64,000 bases of DNA from contig CATNEN010000003.1 of NCBI GenBank assembly GCA_950097015.1, forward strand, positions 6,944,001-7,008,000. The letters are read 5' to 3'. Below the pieces are notes generated by a model. That model was not told the DNA's origin, did no database searches, and saw only the letters and a list, made by a program, of their open reading frames with translations. A program made the position numbers and the translations under genes. Shown piece after piece: positions 38,501 to 51,494 of the stretch (position 1 is its first letter; every line of letters begins with the position of its first letter). The stretch is from Macrostomum hystrix (taxonomy: Eukaryota > Animalia > Platyhelminthes).

Positions 38501-41500
38501 CAAAACGGTTTGCAGAGAAAGCCCAACTCACTCCACTCTCTGTCCTCAAAAAACAACCCCATAGAAAACAGCCACCTCACTCCACTCACTGTCCCGCTAA
38601 CACCCGTCCTAGAAAACACCCACCCCACTCCACTCTCTGCCCGGCTAACACCCGTACTAGAAAACAGCCACCTCACTCCACTCTCTGCCCGGTTAACACC
38701 CGTTCTAGGAAACAGCTACCCCACTCCACTCTCTGCCTGGCTAACACCCGTACTAGAAAACACCCACCTCACTTTAGTATCTGCCCCGCTAAAAGAGAAT
38801 TAGGTCGAATTTAAAACGGTATCAAAAATTTCGAAAGATTGCGAAAAGTTGCGAAAAATTTAGTATCAAGAAAAAACAAATCTCTAAAAAATCCTATAAT
38901 TGGGATTAACGGAGTTGATACCTACTTAAATAACGTACTTCAATATAATTTGATAGAATATAACGATATAATGATAGAAATGACAGCGCTTATAAAGTAT
39001 GTTTACAGCTGTTCATTCCGTGGCCGCCACACCCACCCCAATTTCTAACTGCAGCTGATACTGTCACCCATCTTATAGCTAAATGATTTAAAGCACTGGA
39101 AGATTCGAAATCCTGACCTCTCGGTCAGAAACCCGAAGTTCTAATCGCTGGTCTAAAAGTTCTCATGTTTTTGATCAAACAGAAACAACCCCCGATATTA
39201 CCGGTAAAACTAAGCGATTTGCTTATAAATAAAATTTCTATAAAAAAATGCAAAATATCCTAACAGAGCAACCATCACAAACCGGCAACAATGGCAGCTT
39301 CGCCCGGATTGGCTTTAGACATCTCCGAGTCCTCGTTGTTGAGCTCGGCCAAATCGCATCCGGTTGTATCGATCAATAAAAGCGGCGGAAATTCTTCATC
39401 TTCGGCTACATTCGATGACGCGTCGCGTTGCGTTGCCATGGCAACGGCGGCCAAGCTGGGCAAATCGGCTAGCCGGTGACGCGCTACAGTTTTGTGAGCA
39501 ACCAACCGATCGGAATAGAAAGCGGTCGACGACCAACGCATAATGTCCTCGTGCATCCGGTACTGAACTGTAAGCAGGTGGGTGGCCTCGCCACTTGTTG
39601 GCAGAAGGCGCTCCATTAGGGTGATTGCGTAACCGCCCGCTACGGCTCGTTCACTTTTTATGGTCGGTGGCAACTGGTAGGGATCGCCAGCCAGGATACA
39701 CTTTGGGGCGCGAGGTAGCGCCAGCCAACAGGCAGCTTCGGTGGCCTTTGGGTAGATGCGGATGAAAGATCTTTAAGCTAGCGTCCACCTCACCCCACTC
39801 CGCTCCGATAACACCTCCGTAGAGAAAGCCCACCTCATTCCACTCTCTGCCCCGCTAAAACACTCCATAGATAACACCCACCTCTCTCCACTCGCTGCCC
39901 TACTAAAACAATCCATAGATAACACCCACCTCTCTCCCACTCGCTGCCCTACTAAAACAATCCATAGATAACACCCACCTCTCTCCCACTCGCTGCCCTA
40001 CTAAAACAATCCATAGATAACACCCACCTCTCTCCACTCGCTGCCCTACTAAAACAATCCATAGATAACACCCACCTCTCTCCCACTCGCTGCCCTACTA
40101 AAACAATCCATAGATAACACCCACCTCTCTCCACTCGCTGCCCTACTAAAACACTCCATAGATAACACCCACCTCTCTCCACTCTCTGCCCCGCTAAAAC
40201 ACTCAGCCCCCCTATAGCGGAGTGAGGTGAAGTAATTTCATTCCAACTCTTGCTAGAACCAACCTGAGAGCACTCGTCAATAACAGTAGCATTAAACTGT
40301 ATCTCTTTTAGCGTAGAGTCGTCATTCAGTCCGCCCACAGTCAGAGTGCACAGCACCGCTTGAGCTCGTGACAGTATCGCTTTAACGCAATTGGCCTCTC
40401 GTTGACGCAACTCCGATCTTAGATGAGATAATTCAGCGCCGATCCGACGATCGCGTCGATGGCCTTTGCCGCCGCCACCGCTAAGCAGTTTGTCAATATC
40501 GGCTCGAACATCGGCGATGATGCGGCGATCTTCGCTGCGCGCCAGCAGGGCGTCAAGAGAATGCTCGGCAACCTGAGGCAACTGTCTGGCCGGGTGGCCG
40601 AGACGGACGCAACGGATGCCGGCCGCGATTAGACGTTCGGCAAGGTTGTCCACCTGATGGTCACGAGAACAGAAGAGGAGTGAGAGGAGAAGAGGCAATG
40701 TATGTAATAAATATTTGAGTTTAAATTACTCGCTAAATGCGGCAAACAATGAAGGATATTTGCAGGGGTGAGTGGCAGAGCGGTCTAACGCGTCTGCCTC
40801 TCGCACCAAGGTTCCTAAACTCGATTCCGCGGCAAGGCCACATTTATTTGCAGAGGCACACTGAGAGTGTACACAGCCTGACGATGAGAAAGAATGTGCT
40901 CAGAAGAATTGCCCAGTCGCCGGCTGCGGGTCTACTGACCCTACTCAAAATGTTTATCAGCAGAAGCTTAAAATAACAACTAACCGATATGTATCGAAAA
41001 ACCCATAATCTAAATCTGGCGTGCAAGCCAAGCTATAGGCCAAAAAAGAAACAAAAAACAGAGCAGCTCACTGCGGTGTTGGAAGGCGCGCAGCACAGTA
41101 GCCGCTCGCCCCTAGCAACCAGCTGACGGACCAGCTCTACCAGAGTGGTAGTCTTCCCCGTGCCTGGCGGGCCATGGATCATCACCAGATCACTGCGCCG
41201 AAGGCCCAGCTCCACGGCGGCGCGCTGGGATTCGTCCAGATTGGGATTGAAGTACACGATTTTATTAGCGCCAGACTCCGTAGGCTCAGCGGGGAGGTCA
41301 CGCGTTGGTCCCAGAGACCGTTCGCCTAGCAACAGGTCGGCTAGGGGCGGCGGACTTCTCAGTAGAGCTAGTAGGCCCCTGTGTTTGAAGGCATTTTTAT
41401 ACATACACTAGGCACAAATTTATTATCCCGGAAATTCTGAGACAAACTATCTATTGCTGCGTACAGCTGTTCAGTCCGTGGACATCATAGGGAGCCGTCC

Positions 41501-42230
41501 CATGGGCTGAGTGGCAGAGCGGCTAACGCGTTTGCCTTTTGCACTAAGGTCCCTGAGCTCGATTCCACGGAGAGGTCACAACGCCATTGAGGGCCAACCT
41601 CCAAGGCACAGTGAGTGTACACTGCCCGACGGTGAGAAAGTCAGAGGAATGGGGAGAATATTGCCTCCTCGCTGGCTGCGGGTCTAGTGTCACCTGATGT
41701 ACCAGTGCCCGCATTCCTGACTGATTGAAGTGATTGACATACTATCTTACTCTTACAAGCAGCAAAATGAATCCTCACTTTTTAAGCCTTTTAAAAGTGA
41801 CATCGGAGCCAAGCTTCACAACACTAAATCTGCAGCCAATGTCCATTTGCGTGGAGTCTCCACCGGAGATAAGCTGATCAGGTTCAACTGCAACATAGAT
41901 AGACCTGGATAGCACCTTTGTGACAATGCCGGATACAATCTGCTGCTGCTGCTGCTGTTGCTGAGAATGAAACACGCCGACAATATCGCCAGAAGCTATA
42001 GAATGCGACGGTAGATCTTTAGATTTTTGATAAGTTTCAAACTCAAGCACGCGGCGACCGTACATTCCAGTGGATTGGTTGGCCAAATAGACCTTGTGCA
42101 AAGCCAAGCCTTTGTCTTGCAATGCTCGCGCTGACGACTTCAACAGATCCTCTTCGGCTGCCATCTCTTCTTGACGTTCAAGAGACACCAACTCCAGCTG
42201 GTGCTGAACGAATTCCTCCAACTGTTGCAT
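35517..42230 (-). CDS. IGHMBP2: IGHMBP2/SMUBP-2 SF1 helicase with R3H and AN1 zinc finger; exons 41779-42230, 41072-41378, 40264-40653, 39283-39745, 38004-38447, 36948-37258, 36197-36860, 35517-36028
   Basis: Walker A HGPPGTGKTTT, CAPSNTAVDNL, RLGHPAR, IDECSQ, AGDPYQLPPT, QYRMH, SPYNLQV, SVDGFQGREKE, RRLNVAVTRARR; R3H-like ERARLHE; AN1 finger C..PGC..C.HC..YC..H..PE.H.C. All introns are GT-AG with matching phases. Confidence 0.94.
37434..37952. repeat. 29-30-bp minisatellite (AAGGGCTTCTAAATCTAGTTTTGGATTATT) in IGHMBP2 intron
   Basis: Direct tandem periodicity. Confidence 0.94.
38560..38790. repeat. 48-bp C-rich minisatellite in IGHMBP2 intron
   Basis: About 5 copies of AGAAAACAGCCACCTCACTCCACTCTCTGCCCGGCTAACACCCGT-like units. 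Confidence 0.85.
39785..40205. repeat. 48/49-bp C-rich minisatellite in IGHMBP2 intron, related to the 38560 array
   Basis: About 8 copies of ACTAAAACAATCCATAGATAACACCCACCTCTCTCCCACTCGCTGCCCT. Confidence 0.9.
40765..40942 (+). mobile_element. tRNA-derived SINE copy 1 (internally deleted)
   Basis: A-box TGGCAGAGCGG, B-box-like CTCGATTCC, and body motifs (CTGACGATGAGAAAG, GGCTGCGGGTCTA) shared with copies at 41503 and 62470. Confidence 0.75.
41503..41725 (+). mobile_element. tRNA-derived SINE copy 2
   Basis: Same tRNA-like head. Body TGAGGGCCAACCTCCAAGGCACAGTGA..GAGAAAGTCAG..TTGCCTCCTCGCTGGCTGCGGGTCTAGTGTCACC. Confidence 0.78.
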
Positions 42231-42299
42231 CGCTTTTTCCTTGGGTTTCTGCTTGCTTCTGGTGCTGACAAGAAATTTATTGGACGAAATGTTGTGCTT

Positions 42300-42550
42300 A
42301 ACTATCTAAACTTAACTGTGCTCAACTAAATTTAATCAACTATGCTTAACTGTACTCAGTTGTGCTCATTTAAATACACTCAACTAAATCTACTCAATTG
42401 TGCTCGACTAAATCTACTCAACTGTGCTCAACTAAATCTACTTAACTGTGCTCGAATAAAAGGATTCAACCGTGCTCAACTAAGTCGACTAAACTGTGCT
42501 TAACAGCTCTTAACTGTGCTCTATTGAATCTACTCAACAGGGTTCAACTG
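42300..42550. repeat. Degenerate ~24-bp repeat (AACTGTGCTCAACTAAATCTACTC) upstream of IGHMBP2
   Basis: About 10 diverged tandem copies. Confidence 0.75.
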
Positions 42551-43415
42551 AACAGAATGCAAATGAAATGTTGTTTAATGAAAACAACATATTTATAAAT
42601 ATGAACGAATTATTAACATCTAGGTTGCAACTATGGCTTGACTGAATACAAAAAAATTATTTATGGAAATAAATTTAGCCAAATATGTAAACAGCAAGGT
42701 TTAAACAGAGCTATTAGCTAAAGACCAAATGTTTTTTTCTTAAACCGAAACCGTATTAATTATTTTTTCAATCAAACAAGATGAAATCGAAAACGAAAAA
42801 AAACTAATAAAATGACATTTCTAATTTATTCAAGTGTTATAATCTGATCTTCTAATAAGAAAGTTTTTTGATAATGGCAAATTATAAAACATTAAAGCTA
42901 CTATAAGTAGTATTAAAAACACATTTTAACAGTTATTTTTGTCGCTTGGAAAATACGTTAAATAGCTTTAAATAAGACGAATTTATAAGTAGGATATTTT
43001 TTATTTAGACTAAATTTAGACTAAACATGGATCTACATGGCCAGAAAAGTATAACTATAAAGTCAAATATAGGAAATGCAAAAGATAATTAATAGAACAT
43101 TAGATTATAGGTGAGGGCAGAGTACACTTACTTTATTAATTTAAAAAATTAATCTCGGCAGAAAATATGAAAAACTTTACCGGCAAAGTTTTCACTCGGG
43201 ATAATAATAGTAGTTGTATAGAATCGCACTTTTCTAAGGTAAATAACATTTAGTTAAGCTTTCAAAAGGTGTGATTTTCCTGTTTCCAAATTGTCAGCTA
43301 TACTCCAATTCCTTCACATTTAGCTTCCGCTTAAAGCGGTCACTTTAGGAAAGTAAATTTTCAGCAAATAAAATTCCCACCTGTGCCAGTAGATACTGTC
43401 AGAATAGATAAGCAA

Positions 43416-46400
43416 TCAGCCAACAACTCTCTCGTAGCAGTATAGATAGCCCATATGTTTAGGAGGCTCATTCGAAACGCACACCTTGTCGTCGTTAAAT
43501 ATGTACCAGACGTTGCCCCGACGAAGATGGCACACATAGTGACCGCTGTGCGTTGAAGCACCCATGTGGCTAATGAAGCCTAGTAGGCGATAATTTGGCG
43601 GTCCATCTGTTGGCGCTCGTGAATGAGCCGGCTCGCCGAAGCCAGTCTCGCCAGCTCCGGCGGTACTATAACTGGCGTTAGCAGCATCGGGGATGTCCGG
43701 CGCATTCAGTTCGTCCATATGGGAGAAAATCCAGTCGACGGCTCGTTCGGCGCTGTTGTCAGTCTGTTTCAGAGCTCTAGCTGCCTGCTCAGGCGTGAAT
43801 CCCATGGCAACAATGGATTCGACAGCTTCAGCGTTGGGAATAAATGCCGATTTGGCCGCGGCTGCTGTTGATGTCCGCGACGGCGGCGGTGGCAGGTCAA
43901 AGTCCGCATCCTGACTATGATCCATGGCCCAGTTGATAGCGGCTTCAAGACCGCCGCCTCGAGTGGCCAGCACCGCTCGGGTGGCGCCGTGTTCGCTGAA
44001 GCCGAGCTCGCGCACCTGAGCTACCAGCGACTGGTCCACCTGGGGGATGGGATTATTCTAGGATTATAAAGTATTTCCCCGACTTCTCGAGCTTTTGAGC
44101 CTATTCATAGTTATTATTGGGATTCCGATCCCATTTTATATTATTATTCGGATTCTAATACCATTTATGGCTATTAATCGGATTCTGATCCCATTTATGG
44201 CTATTATTCGGATTCTGATCCCATTTATGGCTATTATTCGGATTCTGATCCCATTTATGGCTATTATTCGGATTCTGATCCCATTAATGGTTATTATTCG
44301 GATTCTGATCCCATTAATGGTTATAATTCGGATTCTGATCCCATTAATGGCTATTATTCGGATTCTGATCCCATTAATGGCTATTATTCGGATTCTGATC
44401 CCATTAATGGTTATTATTCGGATTCTGATCGCATTAATGGTTATTATTCGGATTCTGATCCCATTAATGGCTATTATTCGGATTCTGATCCCATTAATGG
44501 CTATTATTCGGATTCTGATCCCATTAATGGTTATTATTCGGATTCTGATCCCATTAATGGTTATAATTCGGATTCTGATCCCATTAATGGTTATTATTCG
44601 GATTCTGATCCCATTAATGGTTATTATTCGGATTCTGATCCCATTTATGGTTATTATTCGGATTCTGATCCCATTTATGGTTATTATTCGGATTCTGATC
44701 CCATTAATGGTTATTATTCGGATTCTGATCCCATTCATGGTATCACTAGGATATTATACTAGGTTATTACTAGGATTATGATCCCATCATACATTCAATT
44801 ATAGTTACTTTATTTTAGGTTTAGGATCCCGGTCAATGCAATCTTTGAATGACTGTATCTCTGTCAGAGTGATAAAAAATAGGGATTTTTATCCCCAGCC
44901 AAGTAAATGGCGCTCACCAGAGGCTCCGCAGCAGCGGCCGTCGATTCAGCGGGAAATGCGAGCTCAACTTCGCCAGGCTGCAGGCCGCCGCCGGCGCGGA
45001 GAAAGCCCAGATCAACAAACTCCGGCACGTCTAATTCGATGTCCAGCTTCTTCGGGCACCAGTTGTTGTCGATGGTAAATTTTCTGGCGTGCAGCATAAG
45101 GTAGTCGGGAAAGCTAGCCAGGCGACTCTGCTTATTAGCTGGGCCTTTCGCGTTGGTGGCCGGACTAAAGAAATCTTCGATAGTCTCGGCTGCGGCAAAG
45201 GCTTCAAGGCAGGCCTTCAACGATACAGTCCGAGGCGCAAGCTGTTGATCAGCTTCGCCGGAGGCGCCGCCAATCGTAGAAACTCCAGCGGCAGAGTCGT
45301 CCAACGGGATAGGGAATGATAGGGACAGTTCTCGTCTCTGTTTGTAAGCTACGCGATTTGAAACGCAGCATTGAATGCGCTCTTCGATGTCGAATGCGAA
45401 CACGCTGCCGGGATTAGAACGGTGAACACTGCTGCGCTCCACCTGGCCTAGCAGGTGAAGAAAGTATTCGAAGGCGTCCTGCTGCCGAGTGCTGGAGAAC
45501 TCCGCGTGGCCGCGACCCACCTGCGGGCGGAATGGATTGTTGGGTCAGGTGTGTCGTGTGTGTCAGCTAATTGAGTCAGGTGTGTCAGCTGATTGAGTCA
45601 GGTGTGTGTCAGCTGATTGAGTCACGTGTGTGTCAGCTGACTGAGTCTGGTGTGTGTCTGCTGGTTGAGTCACGTGTGTGTCAGCTGATTGAGTCTGGTG
45701 TGTGTCAGCTGATTGAGTCAGGTGTGTGTCAGCTGATTGAGTCTGGTGTGTCAGCTAGGTGATTGAGGTGTTTCAGCTAGGTAACTCAGGAGTGTCAGCT
45801 ATGTAACTCAGGAGTGTCAGCTAGGTAACTCAGGAGTGTCAGCTATGTAACTCAGGAGTGTCAGCTAGGTAACTCAGGAGTGTCAGCTAGGTAACTCAGG
45901 AGTGTCAGCTAGGTAACTCAGGAGTGTCAGCTAGGTAACTCAGGAGTGTCAGCTAGGTAACTCAGGAGTGTCAGCTAGGTAACTCAGGAGTGTCAGCTAG
46001 GTAACTCAGGAGTGTCAGCTAGGTAACTCAGGAGTGTCAGCTAGGTAACTCAGGAGTGTCAGCTAGGTAACTCAGGAGTGTCAGCTAGGTAACTCAGGAG
46101 TGTCAGCTAGGTAACTCAGGAGTGTCAGCTAGGTAACTTAGGTGTGTCAGCTAGGTAACTCATGAGTTACCTGCAGGAGTGTCAGCTAGGTAACTCAGGA
46201 GTGTCAGCTAGGTAACTCAGGAGTGTCAGCTATGTAACTCAGGAGTGTCAGCTAGGTAACTCATGAGTTACCTGCAGGAGTGTCAGCTAGGTAACTCAGG
46301 AGTGTCAGCTAGGTAACTCAGGAGTGTCAGCTAGGTAACTCAGGAGTGTCAGCTAGGTAACTCAGGAGTGTCAGCTAGGTAACTCAGGAGTGTCAGCTAG

Positions 46401-48312
46401 GTAACTCAGGAGTGTCAGCTAGGTAACTTAGGTGTGTCAGCTAGGTGAGTCAGGTGTCTAAGCTACGTGAGTCAGCTAGACTCGCAGATTAAGCAGGCTA
46501 AAGCATGACTAACCAATGTCTTCAGCATCTGAGGCCGGACACCGTAACTAGGCGCTAGATCACCAGGCTTAGGCGAAGGCACTTCCACAGCTAGGCCATC
46601 CACACTTGGCGGCGAATATTGACCAGAAAGCAGGCCGTGAGCAACTTTGGCCAGTTGAACATCCAGACTGTTGATTGGGTCGGTTGTATCCCGCTCCAAT
46701 ATGTCATATCGCTGCTCAAAGTAGCGATTAACAAAAGCTGGCACAGAGAACAGAAGCTGCAGAACGGAATTCATGTAGCAGGAGTTGCCAAGGTTGCGAA
46801 GGCCGGTGAGTCCCGGACCTCCAGCTGGTTGCAGCGCCTTGCCAGTCTCCTGAATAGAGTCCCACTCCTTCATGTTGGCTTCGATTTCTAATTCGTTCAT
46901 TGTTTTATCAACCTTTCGCATAGCCATTAGATCGATGCCGAAGTGTTTGAGATGCTGCTCAAGCTTGCTATCCAATACCATATTGTCCTCAGCGTATGAG
47001 TACACATCGGCGCCTTGAGCACAGATGGTGCCAAGTTTTACAGCTAGCGGATAGCCGGTCTTATCGTAGTGCTCAACTGCGTGATTGTTACCGCCGGAGC
47101 CGTCAAAGTAGCGCCGGCCGCAGTGGATGGCACCGTCGGTCAAGTTAAGCCAGAGATTGTCGCGCTTGTCACAATTGGCGCACTGCCAACCACTGGGTGG
47201 GATTTTAATCCCATTGTCCAGTTGAACTAGCTTAGCAGAGTGCTTGGATTCTTGCCGTGTTTCGCCCTCCCAGGTGTTCGTAGCCTAATTAACGAAAATT
47301 TTAGTGATTAACAGTTAAAATAAATTTTTTACTTAAAGTTTGAAGGGTTCTGGCAAGAGGATGCAAAAATTGGGTGGTGGGTGCGGAGGGGTTAGAGTCG
47401 GAAGGGTTCTGGCGAGAGGGAGTGAAATTTGGGGTGGTGGGCGCGCTGGGGTTAGAGTCGGAAGGGTTCTGGCGAGAGGGAGTGAAATTTGGGGTGGTGG
47501 GCGCGCTGGGGTTAGAGTCGGAAGGGTTCTGGCGAGAGGGAGTAAAATTTGGGGTGGTGGGCGCGCTGGGGTTAGAGTCGGAAGGGTTCTGGCGAGAGGG
47601 AGTAAAATTTGGGGTGGTGGGCGCGCTGGGGTTAGAGTCGGAAGGGTTCTGGCGAGAGGGAGTGAAATTTGGCGTGGTGGGCGCGGTGGGGTTAGAGTAG
47701 AAAGGGTTCTGGCGAGAGGGAGTAAAATTTGGGGTGGTGGGCGCGCTGGGGTTAGAGTCGGAAGGGTTCTGGCGAGAAGGAGTGTGCCCTGAAGTGGTGG
47801 GTGCGGAAGTTAGATTGCAGAAATATATATCTTACCTGAGCCAAAAGCTCCAACATGTGCGCCGACTGGGCGGCCAACACACCGTCAACACTAGCCCGAA
47901 CTAGTTCTGGCAAATTATCGCTTGGTAACGGCATAGCAACGCCTTCCGGCATCAGATAGAGGGAGTTGATCTCCTCGAAAACAAATTGAGACTCGTTGCC
48001 AGCAAAGCCGTCGGACGTTCCAATAGCAAGGCGAGTTGGCTTCTTAGCTGGCGGATCTTCCACAGTCGATGGCACCTCCTTCCAGCGACGAATGCGCCGA
48101 TGCTGTAGGTAAAGTCTATGGCCATACCTGGTGTAGTACAACTGCAGATAGTCGCGACCAACGCCGTGAAACGATTTCAAACAGATGAATAGGCCGTGCT
48201 CGCTGTCTGGACTGTCGCAAGAGTACACGCACTCGTCTTTGTAGACTCGACTGTGTTCATTGGGCACGGAACATTGGCTAGAGGCCAAGCTAGCTAGCAG
48301 TTGCTGATCCAT
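43416..48312 (-). CDS. USP5: Ubiquitin carboxyl-terminal hydrolase USP5/USP13 (isopeptidase T); exons 47836-48312, 46514-47284, 44918-45520, 43416-44039
   Basis: nUBP (VYKDECVYSCDSP), ZnF-UBP (NLWLNLTDGAIHCGRRYFDGSGGNNHA..YPLAVKLGTI..DVYSY), Cys box GLRNLGNSCYMNS, QQDAFEY, two UBA domains, His box HMGASTHSGHYVCH, FNDDKV. All introns are phase 0 GT-AG. Confidence 0.95.
44128..44740. repeat. 30-bp minisatellite (CCATTAATGGTTATTATTCGGATTCTGATC) in USP5 intron 3
   Basis: About 20 direct copies. Confidence 0.96.
45545..46470. repeat. Compound minisatellite: 24-bp (TGTGTCAGCTGATTGAGTCAGGTG) grading into 22-bp (AGGTAACTCAGGAGTGTCAGCT) in USP5 intron 2
   Basis: Two related tandem units sharing GTGTCAGCT. 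Confidence 0.94.
47341..47790. repeat. 60-bp G-rich minisatellite in USP5 intron 1
   Basis: About 7.5 copies with GGG/GGGG runs. Confidence 0.95.
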
Positions 48313-48509
48313 TTCTGATTAGATTCGTTATATATTAATTCCAGATAACTTCGTTAATAGTTTTCGATTCTTTGACGATACTCAGGGCTGTGGAATGAAT
48401 TCAAACTTGAAATGTTTTAAACAGTTTACGATGTATTTTCTTCATTCCAGGGCGAGGGAAAAAACTTCAAAACCATGATTCAGTGGCCCCTTTAAAACAG
48501 AGAGAAATT

Positions 48510-49512
48510 AAGGCACCACACTTAACTTCCTAGATATTGAAACAACACTTAATTCTCTAGATATTGAGACACCGCACTTAATTATCTAGATATTGAAACA
48601 CCACACTTATAATTCCCTAGATATTAAGACACCACACTTAACCCCCTAGATATAGAGACACAACACTTAATTCCCTAGATATAGAGACACCACACTTAAT
48701 TCCCTAGACATTGAGACACCCATTTAACCCCCTAGATATAGAGACACCCACTTAACCCCCTGGATATAGAGACACTACACTAAATTCGCTGGATATAGAG
48801 ACACCACACCTAATTCCCTAGATATTGAGACATCCACTCAACCCACTAGACATTTAGACACCCATTTAACCCCCTAGATATAGAGACACCAGACTTAACC
48901 CCCTAGATATAGAGACACCAGACTTAACCCCCTAGATATTGAGACACTAGACTTCCCCTAGATATTGAGACGCAACACCTATTTCCCTAGATATACAGAC
49001 ACCACACTTAATTATCTAGATAATGAGACACACCACACTTAACCCCCTAGATAATGAGACACCACACTTAACCCCCTAGATAATGAGACACCACACTTAA
49101 CCCCCTAGATAATGAGACACCACACTTAACCCCGTAGATATTGAGACACCAGACTTAACCCCCTGGATATTGAGACACAACACCTATTTCCCTAGATAAT
49201 GAGACACCACACTTAACCCCCTAGATATTGAGACACCAGACTTAACCCCTGGATATTGAGACACCAGACTTAATTCCCTAGATATTGAGACACAACACCT
49301 ATTTCCCTAGATATTGAGACACAACACCTATTTCCCTAGATATTGAGACACAACACCTATTTCCCTAGATATTGAGACACAACACCTATTTCCCTAGATA
49401 TTGAGACACAACACCTATTTCCCTAGATATTGAGACACAACACCTATTTCCCTAGATATTGAGACACAACACCTATTTCCCTAGATATACAGACACCAGA
49501 CTTAATTCCCTG
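48510..49512. repeat. ~29-bp minisatellite (CTAGATATTGAGACACAACACCTATTTCC and variants)
   Basis: Direct tandem periodicity, more homogeneous toward the right end. Confidence 0.93.
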
Positions 49513-50131
49513 AACCATCTATGATGTATAATAAAAAAAGCAATAAATTCAAAGACATTGCTTGATGCTATCTGATAGAAAAAGATGTGTATACTAGAAG
49601 AAAAGTATATTGTGCACTAAAATGTGATTAGTAATATTTTTGTGATGTGAAGACACATTTATAAAAGATTGTCAAACTTTTTTATAGTCTAAAAAACGAA
49701 AGGCGGTCACAAAAAAATAACTCATATTAAAGAAATAAAAAAATAGATTGCGAAAAAGATTTTAACCTTATAGAAACACCGAGTGTAATAAAAATTGTTT
49801 TATCACAATAAAGGGAGTATTCGTTAGACAAATGGAAAAGCGTTGAAAGATTTTTATGGCAAGATAAAAGTTAAAAAATTACAAAAATTATATCACTATC
49901 ACCTATTTATGTGAGATTACTATACGTACAAACTATATTGTATATAATATAGCAGAGACTAGATAATTTGTGTTAAGCTCTCTAGTAAATTTCAATAGAT
50001 AAATAAATGTCATTCATTATTGCTGTATTGCTGTATATGTGGACCGAAGGACAGAACAACAAACTTGTTGCTTATCATACGCTCGCTCAGAATGATCGCT
50101 CGCTTGCAAATGTACACTTGCGCTTGATCTC

Positions 50132-51225
50132 TACATTCCTGATTGAACGAGAGGGTCAATGTACATTCCTGATTGAACGAGAGGGTCAATGTACATTCCG
50201 GATTGAACGAGAGGGTCAATGTACATTCCTGATTGAACGAAAGGGTCAATGTACATTCCGGATTGAACGAGAGGGTCAATGTACATTCCGGATTGAACGA
50301 GAGGGTGAATGTACATTCCGGATTGAACGAGAGGGTGAATGTACATTCCGGATTGAACGAGAGGGTCAATGTACATTCCTGATTGAACGAGAGGGTCAAT
50401 GTACATTCCGGATTGAACGAAAGGGTCAATGTACATTGTGGATTAAACGAGAGGGTCAATGTACATTCCGGATTGAACCAGAGGGTCAATGTACATTCCT
50501 GATTGAACGAGAGGGTCAATGTATATTCCGAATTATATTTTCATTGCAAATGTACATTCCGGATTGAACAAGAGGGTCAATGTACATTCCGGATTGAACA
50601 AGAGGGTCAATGTACAGTCCAGATTGAACAAGAGGGTCAATGTACAGTCCAGATTGAACAAGAGGGTCAATGTACATTCCGGATTGAACGAGAGGGTCAA
50701 TGTACATTCCGGATTGAACGAGAGGGTCAATGTACATTCCGGATTGAACGAGAGGGTCAATGTACATTCCTGATTGAACGAGAGGGTCAATGTATATTCC
50801 GAATTATATGTTCAATGCAAATGTACATTCCGGATTGAACAAGAGGGTCAATGTACATTCCGGATTGAACAAGAGGGTCAATGTACAGTCCAGATTGAAC
50901 AAGAGGGTCAATGTACAGTCCAGATTGAACAAGAGGGTCAATGTACATTCCGGATTGAACAAGAGGGTCAATGTACAGTCCAGATTGAACAAGAGGGTCA
51001 ATGTACAGTCCAGATTGAACAAGAGGGTCAATGCACAGTCCAGATTGAACAAGAGGGTCAATGTACAGTCCAGATTGAACAAGAGGGTCAATGTACAGTC
51101 CAGATTGAACAAGAGGGTCAATGTACAGTCCAGATTGAACAAGAGGGTCAATGTACATTCCGGATTGAACAAGAGGGTCAATGTACATTCCGGATTAGAT
51201 GTTCAATGCAAATGTACATTCCAGA
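50132..51225. repeat. 30-bp minisatellite (ATGTACATTCCGGATTGAACGAGAGGGTCA) with recurring variant spacer unit
   Basis: About 36 copies. A variant GAATTATA..TTCA.TGCAA unit recurs at ~50530, ~50800 and ~51195. Confidence 0.95.
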
Positions 51226-51494
51226 TCGATAAGAGAGTGTGGGAAGTTCAAATTTATGGGGGCGTCAAATTTAAAATTACGACCTTGTATTTGGAAACTA
51301 AATTTTTATCAGAACCGCTGTCTAAACAACATATATAATAAATAATTGATAAACAGGCTGAGGTCGACTAATAAAATAACGGAATAAAATATTGAATGAG
51401 AACAACAGTTAGAACAGCAGAATAGCAAAAAAGCAAAGATAAGTAACTCCACGCCAGTTATAAAGTCCGACTAGAAATTTGATGCACAAAGTGA

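Noticed and set aside
39050-39155. Minus-strand tRNA-like/SINE fragment (similar weak traces near 10880 and 52315)
   Set aside because: Only degenerate A/B-box resemblance, too weak to call.
39433-39446. Perfect X-box GTTGCCATGGCAAC
   Set aside because: Lies inside an IGHMBP2 coding exon (VAMAT), with no promoter context.
44095-44781. Hydrophobic IIRILIPLM-repeat ORFs
   Set aside because: Translation of a 30-bp intronic minisatellite within USP5.
50007-51338. Multiple repeat ORFs (IEREGQCTF etc.)
   Set aside because: 30-bp minisatellite open in most frames and frameshifted at variant units.
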